From Octopus vulgaris (Eukaryota), in contig OX597820.1 in the NCBI GenBank assembly GCA_951406725.2, positions 127,472,001-127,536,000 on the forward strand: DNA of 64,000 bases, in the 5' to 3' direction. Shown here piece after piece: positions 14,527 to 29,411 of the stretch. The translations under genes were made by a program, and so were the position numbers. The notes under the pieces are model-generated. The model worked only from the letters and a program-made list of their open reading frames with translations. It was not told where the DNA came from and made no database searches. Each line of letters starts with the position of its first letter. Position 1 is the first letter of the stretch.

Positions 14527-14608
14527 TAAGGTATGTAGAAAAATACAACATGGACAAGAACGTATAACTCTTAGAAGACGACACAATAAACACGGACAGG
14601 ACATTCGA

Positions 14609-14676
14609 AACCCTCAGTCTTCAGTCAAGAACCGGATCATCGTAGTAATTTCGGCTGATTAATCTTGAGATTACTA
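14609..14676 (-). ncRNA. Candidate non-circularly permuted hammerhead ribozyme, copy 1
   Basis: TAGTAAT-C-TCAAGA..AGCC-GAA-ATTACTA..(12 nt)..TCTTGA-CTGAAGA-CTGAG-GGTT; covaries with 24232-24297. Confidence 0.65.
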
Positions 14677-15452
14677 GATCACGGCCAGCCCTCCAAGAAA
14701 AACCAAGCAACGAGCATTAGAAAAACTAAGCTGGAAGCGTAGATTTCCTGGAAGAAGGATCGAATGCATACGAACACCAGGACAGCAAAAGGGACAGATA
14801 TAAAAAAAACAAAAAACAATAATGGAATACAGAAACATGAAATACAGAAGCATAAACGGTGAAAACAACAGTGTCTTACGACTGATAACAAGCAAACAAA
14901 TTTTTTCTCTGGCGCAATGGAAAAAGCCTTTATAGTGACGGACGAAAACAGCGATGTTAACAGAACGAGGGTCAGAGGCTGAAAGGCAGATTTCGGCCAA
15001 CAGTCACGTGACAGAGAAGAGGGAAAAGAAAAGAAAGAGAAGCAAAGGAAGAGAGAGAGAGAGGAGGGACAAACGCAACAAAGAGAGAGAAGAGAGAGAA
15101 AGAAGGAATCAGAGAGGAGAAGGGATGGGTGTCGAAGAATGACCTGTGAGTGCAGAGCGAGACAAAGAAATAGGAGGGTAGTGGAAGACTAGACCAAAGA
15201 ATCAGAGGAAAGAGAAGAGAAAAAGAGGATGAGTAGAGAGAAAAGAGAGAGAGGGGGACAGATCAAGTAAAAATGAGAGAGAGAGAGAGACAAACAGAGA
15301 GTCGTACCAATTATTAAGAATATGTGCTCACATAAATGTTAAGGGGGTACGGGGCGCCTGGAATATATGTTAAGGTATGTAGAAAAATACAACATGGACA
15401 AGAACGTATAACTCTTAGAAGACGACACAATAAACACGGACAGGACATTCGA

Positions 15453-15520
15453 AACCCTCAGTCTTCAGTCAAGAACCGGATCATCGTAGTAATTTCGGCT
15501 GATTAATCTTGAGATTACTA
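15453..15520 (-). ncRNA. Candidate permuted hammerhead, copy 2
   Basis: Identical to 14609-14676. Confidence 0.65.
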
Positions 15521-16297
15521 GATCACGGCCAGCCCTCCAAGAAAAACCAAGCAACGAGCATTAGAAAAACTAAGCTGGAAGCGTAGATTTCCTGGAAGAA
15601 GGATCGAATGCATACGAACACCAGGACAGCAAAAGGGACAGATATAAAAAAAACAAAAAACAATAATGGAATACAGAAACATGAAATACAGAAGCATAAA
15701 CGGTGAAAACAACAGTGTCTTACGACTGATAACAAGCAAACAAATTTTTTCTCTGGCGCAATGGAAAAAGCCTTTATAGTGACGGACGAAAACAGCGATG
15801 TTAACAGAACGAGGGTCAGAGGCTGAAAGGCAGATTTCGGCCAACAGTCACGTGACAGAGAAGAGGGAAAAGAAAAGAAAGAGAAGCAAAGGAAGAGAGA
15901 GAGAGAGGAGGGACAAACGCAACAAAGAGAGAGAAGAGAGAGAAAGAAGGAATCAGAGAGGAGAAGGGATGGGTGTCGAAGAATGACCTGTGAGTGCAGA
16001 GCGAGACAAAGAAATAGGAGGGTAGTGGAAGACTAGACCAAAGAATCAGAGGAAAGAGAAGAGAAAAAGAGGATGAGTAGAGAGAAAAGAGAGAGAGGGG
16101 GACAGATCAAGTAAAAATGAGAGAGAGAGAGAGACAAACAGAGAGTCGTACCAATTATTAAGAATATGTGCTCACATAAATGTTAAGGGGGGTACGGGGC
16201 GCCTGGAATATATGTTAAGGTATGTAGAAAAATACAACATGGACAAGAACGTATAACTCTTAGAAGACGACACAATAAACACGGACAGGACATTCGA

Positions 16298-16365
16298 AAC
16301 CCTCAGTCTTCAGTCAAGAACCGGATCATCGTAGTAATTTCGGCTGATTAATCTTGAGATTACTA
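16298..16365 (-). ncRNA. Candidate permuted hammerhead, copy 3
   Basis: Identical to 14609-14676. Confidence 0.65.
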
Positions 16366-16921
16366 GATCACGGCCAGCCCTCCAAGAAAAACCAAGCAAC
16401 GAGCATTAGAAAAACTAAGCTGGAAGCGTAGATTTCCTGGAAGAAGGATCGAATGCATACGAACACCAGGACAGCAAAAGGGACAGATATAAAAAAAACA
16501 AAAAACAATAATGGAATACAGAAACATGAAATACAGAAGCATAAACGGTGAAAACAACAGTGTCTTACGACTGATAACAAGCAAACAAATTTTTTCTCTG
16601 GCGCAATGGAAAAAGCCTTTATAGTGACGGACGAAAACAGCGATGTTAACAGAACGAGGGTCAGAGGCTGAAAGGCAGATTTCGGCCAACAGTCACGTGA
16701 CAGAGAAGAGGGAAAAGAAAAGAAAGAGAAGCAAAGGAAGAGAGAGAGAGAGGAGGGACAAACGCAACAAAGAGAGAGAAGAGAGAGAAAGAAGGAATCA
16801 GAGAGGAGAAGGGATGGGTGTCGAAGAATGACCTGTGAGTGCAGAGCGAGACAAAGAAATAGGAGGGTAGTGGAAGACTAGACCAAAGAATCAGAGGAAA
16901 GAGAAGAGAAAAAGAGGATAC

Positions 16922-16970
<49 letters not shown>

Positions 16971-16971
16971 T

Positions 16972-17016
<45 letters not shown>

Positions 17017-17021
17017 TATAT

Positions 17022-17985
<964 letters not shown>

Positions 17986-18159
17986 AATATAAGAGAGTGG
18001 TCACTATATTGCTCACTCTAGCACCATTATTTTGTAAAAATATTATAATATGTTATAAAATATTATAATAATCCAGGTTTCTCGGAGCACTAGGCCACTT
18101 GGTGTTGAATAAATATACTATTAAATTAGTATCTAATTCTCTCACCCTTATTAATTAAT

Positions 18160-19476
<1,317 letters not shown>

Positions 19477-22248
19477 CAAGCCCTATGCTTAGCACTCGTT
19501 GCAACTCATCTCAGTCCTGGTATAGAGGACGCAGAAGTACACATACCAAACTATGACATACTGTGAACAGACAGAAGGGAAAGGAGCCATGGTGGAGTTA
19601 CTGTATACATCCGTGATGATCTCATACTCAAATTCGGTATGTGACACTCTGATTGTATACATAAGACAACATAATATAGTCATATGCAATACATATTGCC
19701 CGCCAGATGCCCAAAACCGCATAGTCAAGTTTGAAGATTACCTCACAAGAATTAAAGAAATCCTCATGAATCTGGAACATCATGTGACCATATTTCTTAT
19801 GGGTGATTTCAACTTCCCCAACTTCAAATGGCCTGAAGGTCTCATACTCTCAGGAATGACTCATTGCAAGCAAGCACAGGTGGAGTCCCTGCTCAACCTC
19901 ACCAATGTCCTATTCATAGAGGAAGCTGTACTCAGACCTCCTAGGGCGAATAACATTCTGGATCCCTGCTTCACGCTTAATATGGACATCATTCATGATG
20001 TGAAAGTGACACTGACATTAGTCTCGGATCACAAAATAATAGAGCTGTGTATGTCTGGGCCGAAAGTAACCAGAGACATACAGCCTAAAGGAAGCACCCG
20101 AAATCTCTCCAATTTGAACTTCCACAAAGTAGATTGGAAATCAATCCAAAAAGAGACAATCAGACAGGGCTGGCCGAAATGTCTTTCCACATTTCATGTC
20201 TGTTGTGCAAGCCATATTCCAGAAATATGTCCCAGGCCACAAGGCCAAAACAAATAGGAGCAAGATTCCAAGGGAGAGGAAGATCCTTATGAGACGACGG
20301 ACGAAGGTTGCAAATTGATTCAACCAACATCGCAAAAGTAGCGAAATGTCCTGCCTAAAAATAACACTGATGGAGATCGATAAACGGCTGCAACAATACT
20401 ATGTGAGGCAGAAAGCAGACAAAGAAGCCTGGGTTATAAAAAACACAAAGTCAAACCCAAAGGCCTTCTTTCATTACGCGAAAGAAACAGCCTCAGTACA
20501 CTACAAGATAAGACCCCTCCTCCAAAAGGATGGCTCCCTCACAGACAGTCCAACTAAGATCAGTGAGATGCTGAATGACCAGTTCAAAAGTATCTTTACC
20601 ACCCTGTTGGAACACAGACAAGTGAACGAACCAGTGGACTTCTTTGCCGCCTCACCTATAACCAGTGAGGCAATTACAATGGAATACATTGACATTAGCG
20701 ATGGTCCTGATGGTTTCCCAGCAATCCTCCTCAAATCGTGTAAGCATGCCCTGGCAAAACCCCTCCAGATTCTCTTCCAGAGCTTTCTTATAGATGGCAA
20801 ACTGCCAAGCAATCTAAAGGAGGAAATAATATGCCCAATACATAAAGGGGGAAGTAGAGCAGATGCAAAAAATTAGAGGTAAACTAATCGCATTCCTTGA
20901 AGAAAATAACTTGCTGAGTGATACCCAGCTCTTACAACATTATGACTGGGTGTTGAGGCAGTTACTCCATAAATCAAATGTGGATGTAATCTACCTTGAT
21001 TTTGCAAAAGCTTTTGACAAGGTGGATCATAGTATGATATGCCACCAATTGCATGACCTTGGCATAGCTGGAAAACTTGGAGAGTTGTTACATGACTTCC
21101 TGAAAGATAGGAGTCAGGCAGTAGTGGTTAATGGAGCCACCTCTATGAACACACAAATAGTGCGCGGTGTTCCACAGGGCACTGTCTTGGGACCACTGCT
21201 TTATATAGTGGTCCTCGCAGATATGCCTTCAAATGCCTGGATAGCCACTCTGGCAAGCTATGCAGATGATACGAAAGTCTCACAGAAAATACAGAACCCC
21301 AGCGATGTTGCACACCTGCAGCAGGAGTTGGACTCAATTTACAGATGGGCTGAGGATAATGATATGCAGTTTAATGCTGAAAAATTCCAAGCCCTGCTCT
21401 ACCAGCATCCAAAACTGAATATGAATCTTACAGGGTACACTGGTCCACAGGGAATTTCAATCCCAGAGCCTAAATCAGTGAGGGACCTGGGTATCGACTT
21501 GAGTGATGATCTTTTTCCATGTATCGACTTTTTCCATGTGCACATTACCAGGATGGCGGCAAAGTGCAGATGACTGGCTGGATGTATCCTGAGAACATTC
21601 AGAACCAGAGATTAGGAAACCATGATGGTCCTCTGGCGGACATTGATCCTCAGCCATCTGAATTACTGCTAACAGCTATGGTCACCCACCAGTGTGAAAT
21701 TAACAGCGGACCTTGAAGCAATCCAGAGAAGATTCACAAAGAAGATTGTCTGTTTGCAACAGCTCAGCTACTGGGAAAGGCTGAAACAGCTAAGAATCTA
21801 CTCCCTGGAGAGAAGACGGGAGGGGTAGGCAGTAATATACATCTGGAGGATTCTGCTGGAAGGAATTGGCATTGAAAGCTACACCAATGCCAGAACGGGA
21901 CGACACTGCATAGTGCCAAAGATCCCAGCAATGCCATCACGCTTCAGGACCAGCTTCTGCAACAGCCTGGGTTTCAAGGGCCCACAGCTTTTTAATATTC
22001 TCCCAAAGAGTCTGAGGAACTTGCACAAAGTAGATGTCGGAGTTTTTAAATCAAGCTGGACCTCTTCCTGTCGAGAGTCCCAGATGAACCTACCTCACAG
22101 CAAGAGGTGCAAATGAGGGTAGTTATATCAAACTCCATTCTTCATCAAGTACCACATATTAGAGGATGCTCTTAGTAATAACAGTGCTGCAAAACGGCGG
22201 TGCATCAGCATGGCCGCAGGTCTGAGCTGAAACTAGAAAAAAAAAAAA
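19477..22248 (+). mobile_element. CR1-group LINE ORF2 (APE + RT) and 3' UTR; 5'-truncated, internally deleted and frameshifted
   Basis: MGDFNFP, NILD, SDHK (APE); YLDFAKAFDKVDH, GVPQGTVLGPLL, YADDTK (RT); tail GGCGGTGCATCAGCATGGCCGCAG...GAAACTAG(A)n. Confidence 0.92.
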
Positions 22249-22282
22249 TATATATATATAAAACCATATATATATGTATATA

Positions 22283-23710
22283 TCATCATCATCATCGTTT
22301 AACGTCCGCTTTCCATGCTAGCATGGGTTGGACGATTTGACTGAGGGCTGGCAAACCAGATGGCTGCACCAGGCTTCAATCTTGATCTGGCAGAGTTTCT
22401 ACAGCTGGATACCCTTCCTAACGCCAACCACTCTGAGAGTGTAGTGGGTGCTTTTACGTGCCACTGGCACGGGGCCAGTCCGGGGGTACTGGTAACAACC
22501 TCGCTCGAATCTTTTACACATGCCACCGGCACAGGTGCCAGTAAGGCGATGCTGGTAACGATCACGCTTGAATGGTGTCTTTTACACGCCACCGGCACGG
22601 AGGCCAGATAGCTGCTCTGGCAACCATCCCGCTCGGATGGTGCTCTTACTACCTTAGTAGCACATGGCTCAAGTGCCAGTAAGGCGACGCTAGTAATGAT
22701 CACACTCGAATGGTGCCTTTTATGTGCCACTGGCACAGAAGCCGGTTAGCTGCTCTGTCAATGATCACGCTCGTATGGTGCTCTTTGCACCCCGCTAGCA
22801 CAGAGGCCAGTCATCGAATTTGATTTAGATTTCACTTGCTTCAACAGGCCTTCGCAAGCAGAGTTTTAGTGTCCAAAGAAGGAAAAGGTATGCATAGGCC
22901 ACAAGATTATGGTCTCATTTGGCTTACCGGGTCTTCTCACGCACGACATATTTCCAAAAGTCTCAGTTACTAGTCATTTCCTTGGTGAGGCCTAAAGTTT
23001 GAAGGTCGTGCTTCACCACTTCATCCCAGGTCTTCCCGGGTCTACCTCTTCCACAGGTTTCCTCAACTGCTAGGATGTAGCACTTTTTCACACAGCTGTC
23101 CTCATCCATTCTTGCCACATGACCATACCAGCGCAGTCGTCTCTCTTGCACACCACAACTGATGCTTGTTAGGTCCAACTTTTCTCTCAAGGCACTAACA
23201 CTCTGTCGTGTATGCACACTGACATTACACATCCATCGGAGCATACTGGCTTCATTCCTTGCAAGCTTATGCATGTCCTCAGCAGTCACGGCCCATGTTT
23301 CACTGCTATGTAGCATGACTGTTTGTACACATGCATCATACAGTCTACCTTTTACTCTGAGCAAGAGGCCCTTTGTCACCAGCAGAGGTAAGAGCTCTCT
23401 GAACTTTGCCCAAGCTATTCTTATTCTAGCAGCTACACTTTCAGCACACACGCCTCCGCTACTGACTTGGTCACCTAGGTAACGGAAGCTAAAACTACTT
23501 CTTGTTTTCCTCCCTGGAATGTGGCGGAAGTTGTTCTCTGTGCATTTTCAGTGTTTATTGCTCCCGAGCATCTGCCACAGACAAATACTATCTTCCCAGT
23601 TAGCCTTCCTTTGATCTTACTGCACCTCTTATGTGTCCATAGCTTTCACTGGGTACATCTTATAGAGTTTCTACCTACACCTCTGCTACAGATTGATCAG
23701 GGCCATCTAC
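22283..23710 (-). mobile_element. RTE-like LINE 3' part with long 3' UTR containing ~60-bp subrepeats and a (GAT)n tail
   Basis: ARIRIAWAKFRELLPLL...SETW...RRLRWYGHVARM...RGRPGKTW; Cys-rich GRNSIRCTQ*KLWTHKRCS segment; 3' UTR equals the abundant short repeat. Confidence 0.88.
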
Positions 23711-23884
23711 CATTCATTTTCTTTATTCAGCAACCTTTCATAGTGGCGTCTCAAAACCTCTCACTTAGCAGCCTCATTTAGCTTTCAGCCAGGTAGGAGC
23801 TGCCTGACCCAGCTCTTACAACGTTATGACTGGGTGTTGAGGCCGTTACTCAACAATTCAAATGTGGATGTGATATACCTTGAT

Positions 23885-24420
23885 TCCTTTGCCCCCTGTT
23901 TTTCTCTCTCTTCTTCTCTCCTCTCACGTGACCGCTGGTCAACTAGCCTTTCGGCCTTTGACCGCCGCCACGACAACACCGTTTTCTTCGTCTGCCGCAA
24001 AGGCATTTATTTCCAAATACGTCAGCTAAACTAAGTTGTACTGTCTAAAGTCGTAAGACACCCACTGTTTTTGTCCTGTTATTACTATTCTTGTTTTTTA
24101 TTTTTGATTTTTGTATTTATATTCGTGTGGCATCGTCCGTTTTTCTGTCCTTGTTTCGTATACATTCGATCCTTTTTCCAAGAAATCTAATGCTCGTAGC
24201 TTAGTTTTTCCTTGGGGCTGGCCGGATCGGAGCAATCTCAGGATTAATCAGCCGAAATTGCGAGGATGATCCAGTTCCTGACTGAAGATTAGAGGCTTCG
24301 AATGACCCGTCCGTTTTTTGTGTCGTCTTCTAAATGTTTTGCGTTCTTGTCTCAGTTTGTATTTTTATATATAATTTTTATACATATATTATTGCGGCGT
24401 AACGTACATCTTGTTCTCAT
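23885..24420 (+). repeat. Dispersed, diverged relative of the 844-bp tandem unit
   Basis: Shares TCACGTGAC, GTCGTAAGACAC, CATTCGATCC, GATTAATCAGCCGAAATT and GTGTCGTCTTCTAA blocks. Confidence 0.8.
24232..24297 (+). ncRNA. Candidate permuted hammerhead, dispersed copy
   Basis: GCAAT-C-TCAGGA..AGCC-GAA-ATTGC..(14 nt)..TCCTGA-CTGAAGA-TTAGA-GGCT. Confidence 0.65.
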
Positions 24421-24439
24421 ATATATATATATATATATG

Positions 24440-24528
<89 letters not shown>

Positions 24529-24531
<3 letters not shown>

Positions 24532-24809
24532 GAGGCGCAAGGCCCAGTGGTTAGGGCAGCAGACTCGCGGTCATAGAATTGCGGTTTCGATTCCCAGAAC
24601 GCGTGTTGTGAGTGTTTATTGAGCGAAAACACCTAAAGCTCCACGAGGATCCGGCAGGGAATGGTGGCGATCCCTGCTGTACTCTTTTGCCACAACTTTC
24701 TCTCACTCTTTCTTCTGTTGGCCTGCTTGCTTAGCCAGTGGGGTGGCGTCATTTGAAGGTTAAACAATGCGAAGTGCATTGTGACCAGCGATGTGTTGCA
24801 ACATCTGAT
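24529..24809 (+). mobile_element. tRNA-derived SINE (same head as 8637-9040, RTE-type tail)
   Basis: GGCCCAGTGGTTAGGGCAGCAGACTCGCGG...GGTTTCGATTCCC head; tail GTGACCAGCGATGTG. Confidence 0.82.
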
Positions 24810-24873
24810 ATATATAAATTAGAAAAAATAAGTTTGGAATAATATTCCCTCATATTATTATTTTATACATACA

Positions 24874-24916
<43 letters not shown>

Positions 24917-24921
24917 TTATG

Positions 24922-24961
<40 letters not shown>

Positions 24962-24981
24962 TGAATATTTGTTTTTCATAT

Positions 24982-25980
24982 TGTTACGAGGGGACCTCAG
25001 TCGAACGAAAGCTGTTACGGAATCCCTCACACAGGCCCGTTCGATCAGCGAATGTTTCCGCCACGGAAACTCGGAGAGGAGAGAGACAGACAACAACAAC
25101 TACAACCGCAGGAGCCACAAGAAGAAGACACAGAGGCAACCGAGAGAGACACAAAGAAGGCAATTGGCTCACATTTAACGTACTAGTTTATATGACTATT
25201 ACAATTGTTACAACATCAATTACATATCAAGATACATCAAAGCATTTAAACATGCAAGTAACAACACATCAAATTCAATAACAACAGCATTTCAAGAGTA
25301 CACGTCGAATTAGACAACAAGTCAATACATCATACCACAGATCAAAGCATTTAAACTGTCCGGAGACAACAGTTCTGTTTCAAAACACATTAAAGGCATA
25401 TAGAATGTTCGTAGACAAATAAGTTCACATTACAAATCAATGTTCAATTCACAACAGTTCACATTGTTCATTAAATTCCTTTTTAACAACTCTGTACACA
25501 ATGTCTTTACACATTTCAATACATCGCTCTTTTCACTGTCTCATTTCTTTTCAACAGTCTCTTTACATCGATTCTTTTTCCTTCTTTTTCTTCACATATC
25601 AATACACAATTCACGTACCTTAGTTCCTACTAGAATAGCCAGTGTCTCATATTGCACCTCATCTCTCTCAGTACCACTAACTCCAACTTGCTAAACGCTT
25701 GCCCTGAATTCCAAATCCTCGCTCCTAAATCCAACCGCTCGCCTTGACGACCAAATACCGACTGCCTCTCAATCTCTCCGGCCGGAACTGATCTACAGAC
25801 TCCCAGCTCCTTTTTATAAGGTAGTTTCCCTGACCCTTTCATGACCAGCAAAAGGGGTAGGGGTCCCTCCAAAAGCCATCACTCTTCCGTGAACAAAGGA
25901 CTATAACTTTTTATTCCAGACTTTGAATTGCCAAGCCAGCAAAGTAGGTGAAGAAGTACTGTACCAGCCGAACCACAACA
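24982..25980 (-). mobile_element. Solo LTR (Gypsy-like), 999 bp
   Basis: TGTT...AACA termini, 4-bp ATAT TSD; minus-strand TATAAAA at ~25812-25818 followed ~20 nt later by Inr-like TCAGTT. Confidence 0.7.
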
Positions 25981-25992
25981 ATATATATATGA

Positions 25993-26142
25993 AGGCAAGA
26001 GGTGCAAATGAGGGTAGCTATATCAAACTCCATTCTTCACCAAGTGTGACATATTGGAGGAGGCTCTCAGTAATAACAGTGTAGCATAACGGCGGTGCAT
26101 CAGCATGGCCGTAGCTCTGAGCTGAAGCTAGGAGAGAAAAGA
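25993..26142 (+). mobile_element. CR1 3'-UTR fragment
   Basis: Closely similar to 22098-22240. Confidence 0.85.
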
Positions 26143-26442
26143 AATATATATATGCATTTATATATATTTATATTTGTATATATATATATCACGTGATCAC
26201 GTGACCGACCAGACCATCAGATGTTGTTACACATCGCTGGTCACAATGCGTTCGCATTGTTTTAGCCTTTGAATTACGCCACCCCGCTGTCTAAGCGAGC
26301 AGGCCATATATATATATATATATATATATAAATATATATGTATATATAAATATATGTATATATATATATATAATTATATATATATATAAATATATGTATA
26401 TATAAATATATGTATATATATATATATATATATGTATTTATT

Positions 26443-26492
<50 letters not shown>

Positions 26493-26800
26493 GTATATAT
26501 ATGTGTGTGTGTGTGTATGTATATATATATATATATATATCTTTATGTATATATATATATATGTATTTATATATATTTATACATGTGTGTGTATTTATAT
26601 TTATATATTTATATGTGTATATTTATATGTATATATATTTATTTATATTTACATATGTGTATGTATATTCATAATTTTGTTCCATGTTCTCCGTTTTTTT
26701 ATGTGTTTTTTTTGTCTTTGTAGCAATACACATTTGCTAGCTTTGTTACAAATGGGTGTAATTCTCCTAGCTTAGACGTTTTGGGGGCAACCAGATCTAT

Positions 26801-26855
26801 CCATCTCAAGTGTAACTGCCCAAAACAGTCATGACTTTTGGGACTTGACTGATGA
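26801..26855 (+). ncRNA. Highly degenerate permuted hammerhead motif
   Basis: ATC-TCAAGT ... ACTTGA-CTGATGA keeps stem I with a third sequence variant; GAAA changed to CAAA and stem III lost. Confidence 0.35.
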
Positions 26856-26999
26856 AAGACAAGAACGACTCATTTGTTTTTGCCTATCCTAATTGTTGTC
26901 TCTCTTATCTGCATGTCTATCATCTATCTGTCCGAACATTTGAATGCCCTCTATTGCGTTTTTGTTTCATTTATATGTATATATGTATATATATATAGA

Positions 27000-27311
27000 C
27001 CATTCAAGCGTGATCGTTATCAGCGTCACCTTACTGGCACTTGTGCCGATGGCTCGTGAAAAAATATTTGAGTGAGGTCGTTGCCTGTGCAGCTGGACTG
27101 GCTCCTGTGCAGGTGGCTCTCGTGCTGGTGGCACGTAAAAGCACCCACTACACTCTCGGAGTGGTTGGCATTAGGAAGGGCATCCAGCTGTAGAAACTCT
27201 GCCAGATCAGATTGGAGCCTGATGCAGCCATCTGGTTTGCCAGTCCTCAGTCAAATCGTCCAACCTATGCCAGCAAGGAAAGCAGATGTTAAATGATGAT
27301 GATGATGATGA
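27000..27311 (+). mobile_element. RTE-like 3'-UTR copy with (GAT)n tail
   Basis: GGCACGTAAAAGCACCCACTACACTCTCGGAGTGGTTGG...GGAAGGGCATCCAGCTGTAG. Confidence 0.82.
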
Positions 27312-27324
27312 TATATATGTATTT

Positions 27325-27842
27325 ACGAGCAAAACATACCCTCATCCAATGGATGGTGCTGAGTTTTCAAACATTTAAACCAAATTTTCTCAAAACATCT
27401 TGTCCTACCGTCCCATAGGCCTCTCCTTAGAGAAACACTGATTTAACCTAAATTTGAGACACCAGCAAAAGAAGAAATAAAGATAGACTTTTTTTCTATT
27501 CCAAAGAAAAACGATTTTATTCACACAAATATGCAACTGAAGAGTTTAAAGTACCAGTAATGATAAGGCTGTTGACATTAAGCTTGGCAGGAGATAAACG
27601 TGCCTTTAAGCAGTACAAAAACAACAAAAAAAGGAAGGTGCAGTTATGTACAGGTTGACGGAAGAAAAGCAGGACAAAAACGGTTTTATCGATCGCATTC
27701 TCACCTGGAATCCATTTAAAAATTTTTTTCAAGACTTATACACGCCCTGATACCGTCGGTATCTACATATCAAATTTGAGCACAATCGGATGGAGGATGC
27801 CCGAGATCCTAGAAGACACAGAGAGAGAGAGACAGAATGAAT

Positions 27843-27850
<8 letters not shown>
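27325..27850 (-). mobile_element. Probable non-autonomous Helitron-like element
   Basis: Minus strand begins TATATAAATAAAA, then a (CT)n/GT microsatellite and CCATCCGATTGTGCTCAAATTTG core, like 12766-13068; no TSD. Confidence 0.45.
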
Positions 27851-27900
<50 letters not shown>

Positions 27901-27942
27901 TATATGTATATATGTATATGTATAAATGTATATGTATATATG

Positions 27943-28009
<67 letters not shown>

Positions 28010-28540
28010 ATGTATATATGTATATGTATATATGTATATATATATATATATGTATTTTTATATATATATATATATATTTATTTATATATATATATATATT
28101 ATATATATATATATTTATATATATATATTTATATATATGTATATTTATATATCATATATATATATATATGTGTGTATGTATTTATATGTATATATATATA
28201 TATTTATATATATGTATATATATATATATGTATTTATATATATATGTATATAGATATGTGTGTTTTTATATATATATGTATTTATGTATTCCACCTGCTT
28301 TCGTCTTTTGTTTATTTTCATAAAGGTTCCCATTATATATATATATATATGTATATGTATATATATGTATATGTATATATATGCATACATATATAAATAT
28401 ATGTATATATATATATATATGTATGTATGTATGTGTATATATATATATATATGTATGTGTGTATATATATATGTATGTGTATATATATATGTATGTATAT
28501 ATATATGTATATATATATATATATATATACATACGTAACA

Positions 28541-29009
28541 AACACCGTCCGAGCGTGGCCGTCTGCCAGCCTCGTCTGGCACCTGTGTCGGTGGCACATA
28601 AAAACACCATCCGAGCGTGGCCGTCTGCCAGCCTCGTCTGGCACCTGTGTCGGTGGCACATAAAAACACCATCCGAGCGTGGCCGTCTGCCAGCCTCGTC
28701 TGGCACCTGTGTCGGTGGCACATAAAAACACCATCTGAGCGTGGCCGTCTGGCACCTGTGTCGGTGGCACATAAAAACACCATCCGAGCGTGGCCGTTCG
28801 CCAGCCTCGTCTGGCACCTGTGTCGGTGGCACATAAAATCACCCACTACACTCTCGGAGTGGTTGGCGTTAGGAAGGGCATCCAGCTGTAGAAACACTGC
28901 CAGATCTGACTGGCCTGGTGCAGCCTTCGGGCTCTCCAGTCCCCAGTTGAACCGTCCAACCCATGCTAGCATGGAAAGCGGACGTTAAACGATGATGATG
29001 ATGATGATG
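28541..29009 (+). mobile_element. RTE-like 3'-UTR copy with a homogeneous 62-bp VNTR (~5 units)
   Basis: Unit AACACCATCCGAGCGTGGCCGTCTGCCAGCCTCGTCTGGCACCTGTGTCGGTGGCACATAAA; fourth unit shortened; (GAT)n tail. Confidence 0.88.
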
Positions 29010-29050
<41 letters not shown>

Positions 29051-29100
29051 CATACATATATATATGTTATAATACATACATATATACATACTATATATGT

Positions 29101-29151
<51 letters not shown>

Positions 29152-29316
29152 CATATATATATATACATACATACATACATATATATATATACATACATAC
29201 ATACATATATATATATATACATACATATATATATATATATATACATACATATATATATATACATACATATATATATATATATATACATACATACATACAT
29301 ACATATATATATATAT

Positions 29317-29393
<77 letters not shown>

Positions 29394-29411
29394 CATACAT
29401 ACACACACATA

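Larger units (their letters stand above)
14526..16919 (-). repeat. Tandem array, 844/845-bp unit x~2.8, non-coding, one permuted hammerhead motif per unit (retrozyme/Penelope-LTR-like)
   Basis: Units start at 14526, 15370 and 16215; the only difference I found is one G in a homopolymer; homologous to 23885-24420 on the other strand. Confidence 0.9.

Noticed and set aside
14674-16831. Thrice-repeated 108-aa, 70-aa and 62-aa ORFs
   Set aside because: Low-complexity products of T-rich and GA-rich strands in the tandem unit; no recognisable domain.
24531-24605. tRNA gene (also other SINE heads)
   Set aside because: A and B boxes are present, but there is no complete cloverleaf and the sequence continues into a SINE body.
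28541-28845. CRISPR-like regular repeat array
   Set aside because: Contiguous identical units with no unique spacers, no cas genes, eukaryotic context, part of a retroposon 3' UTR.
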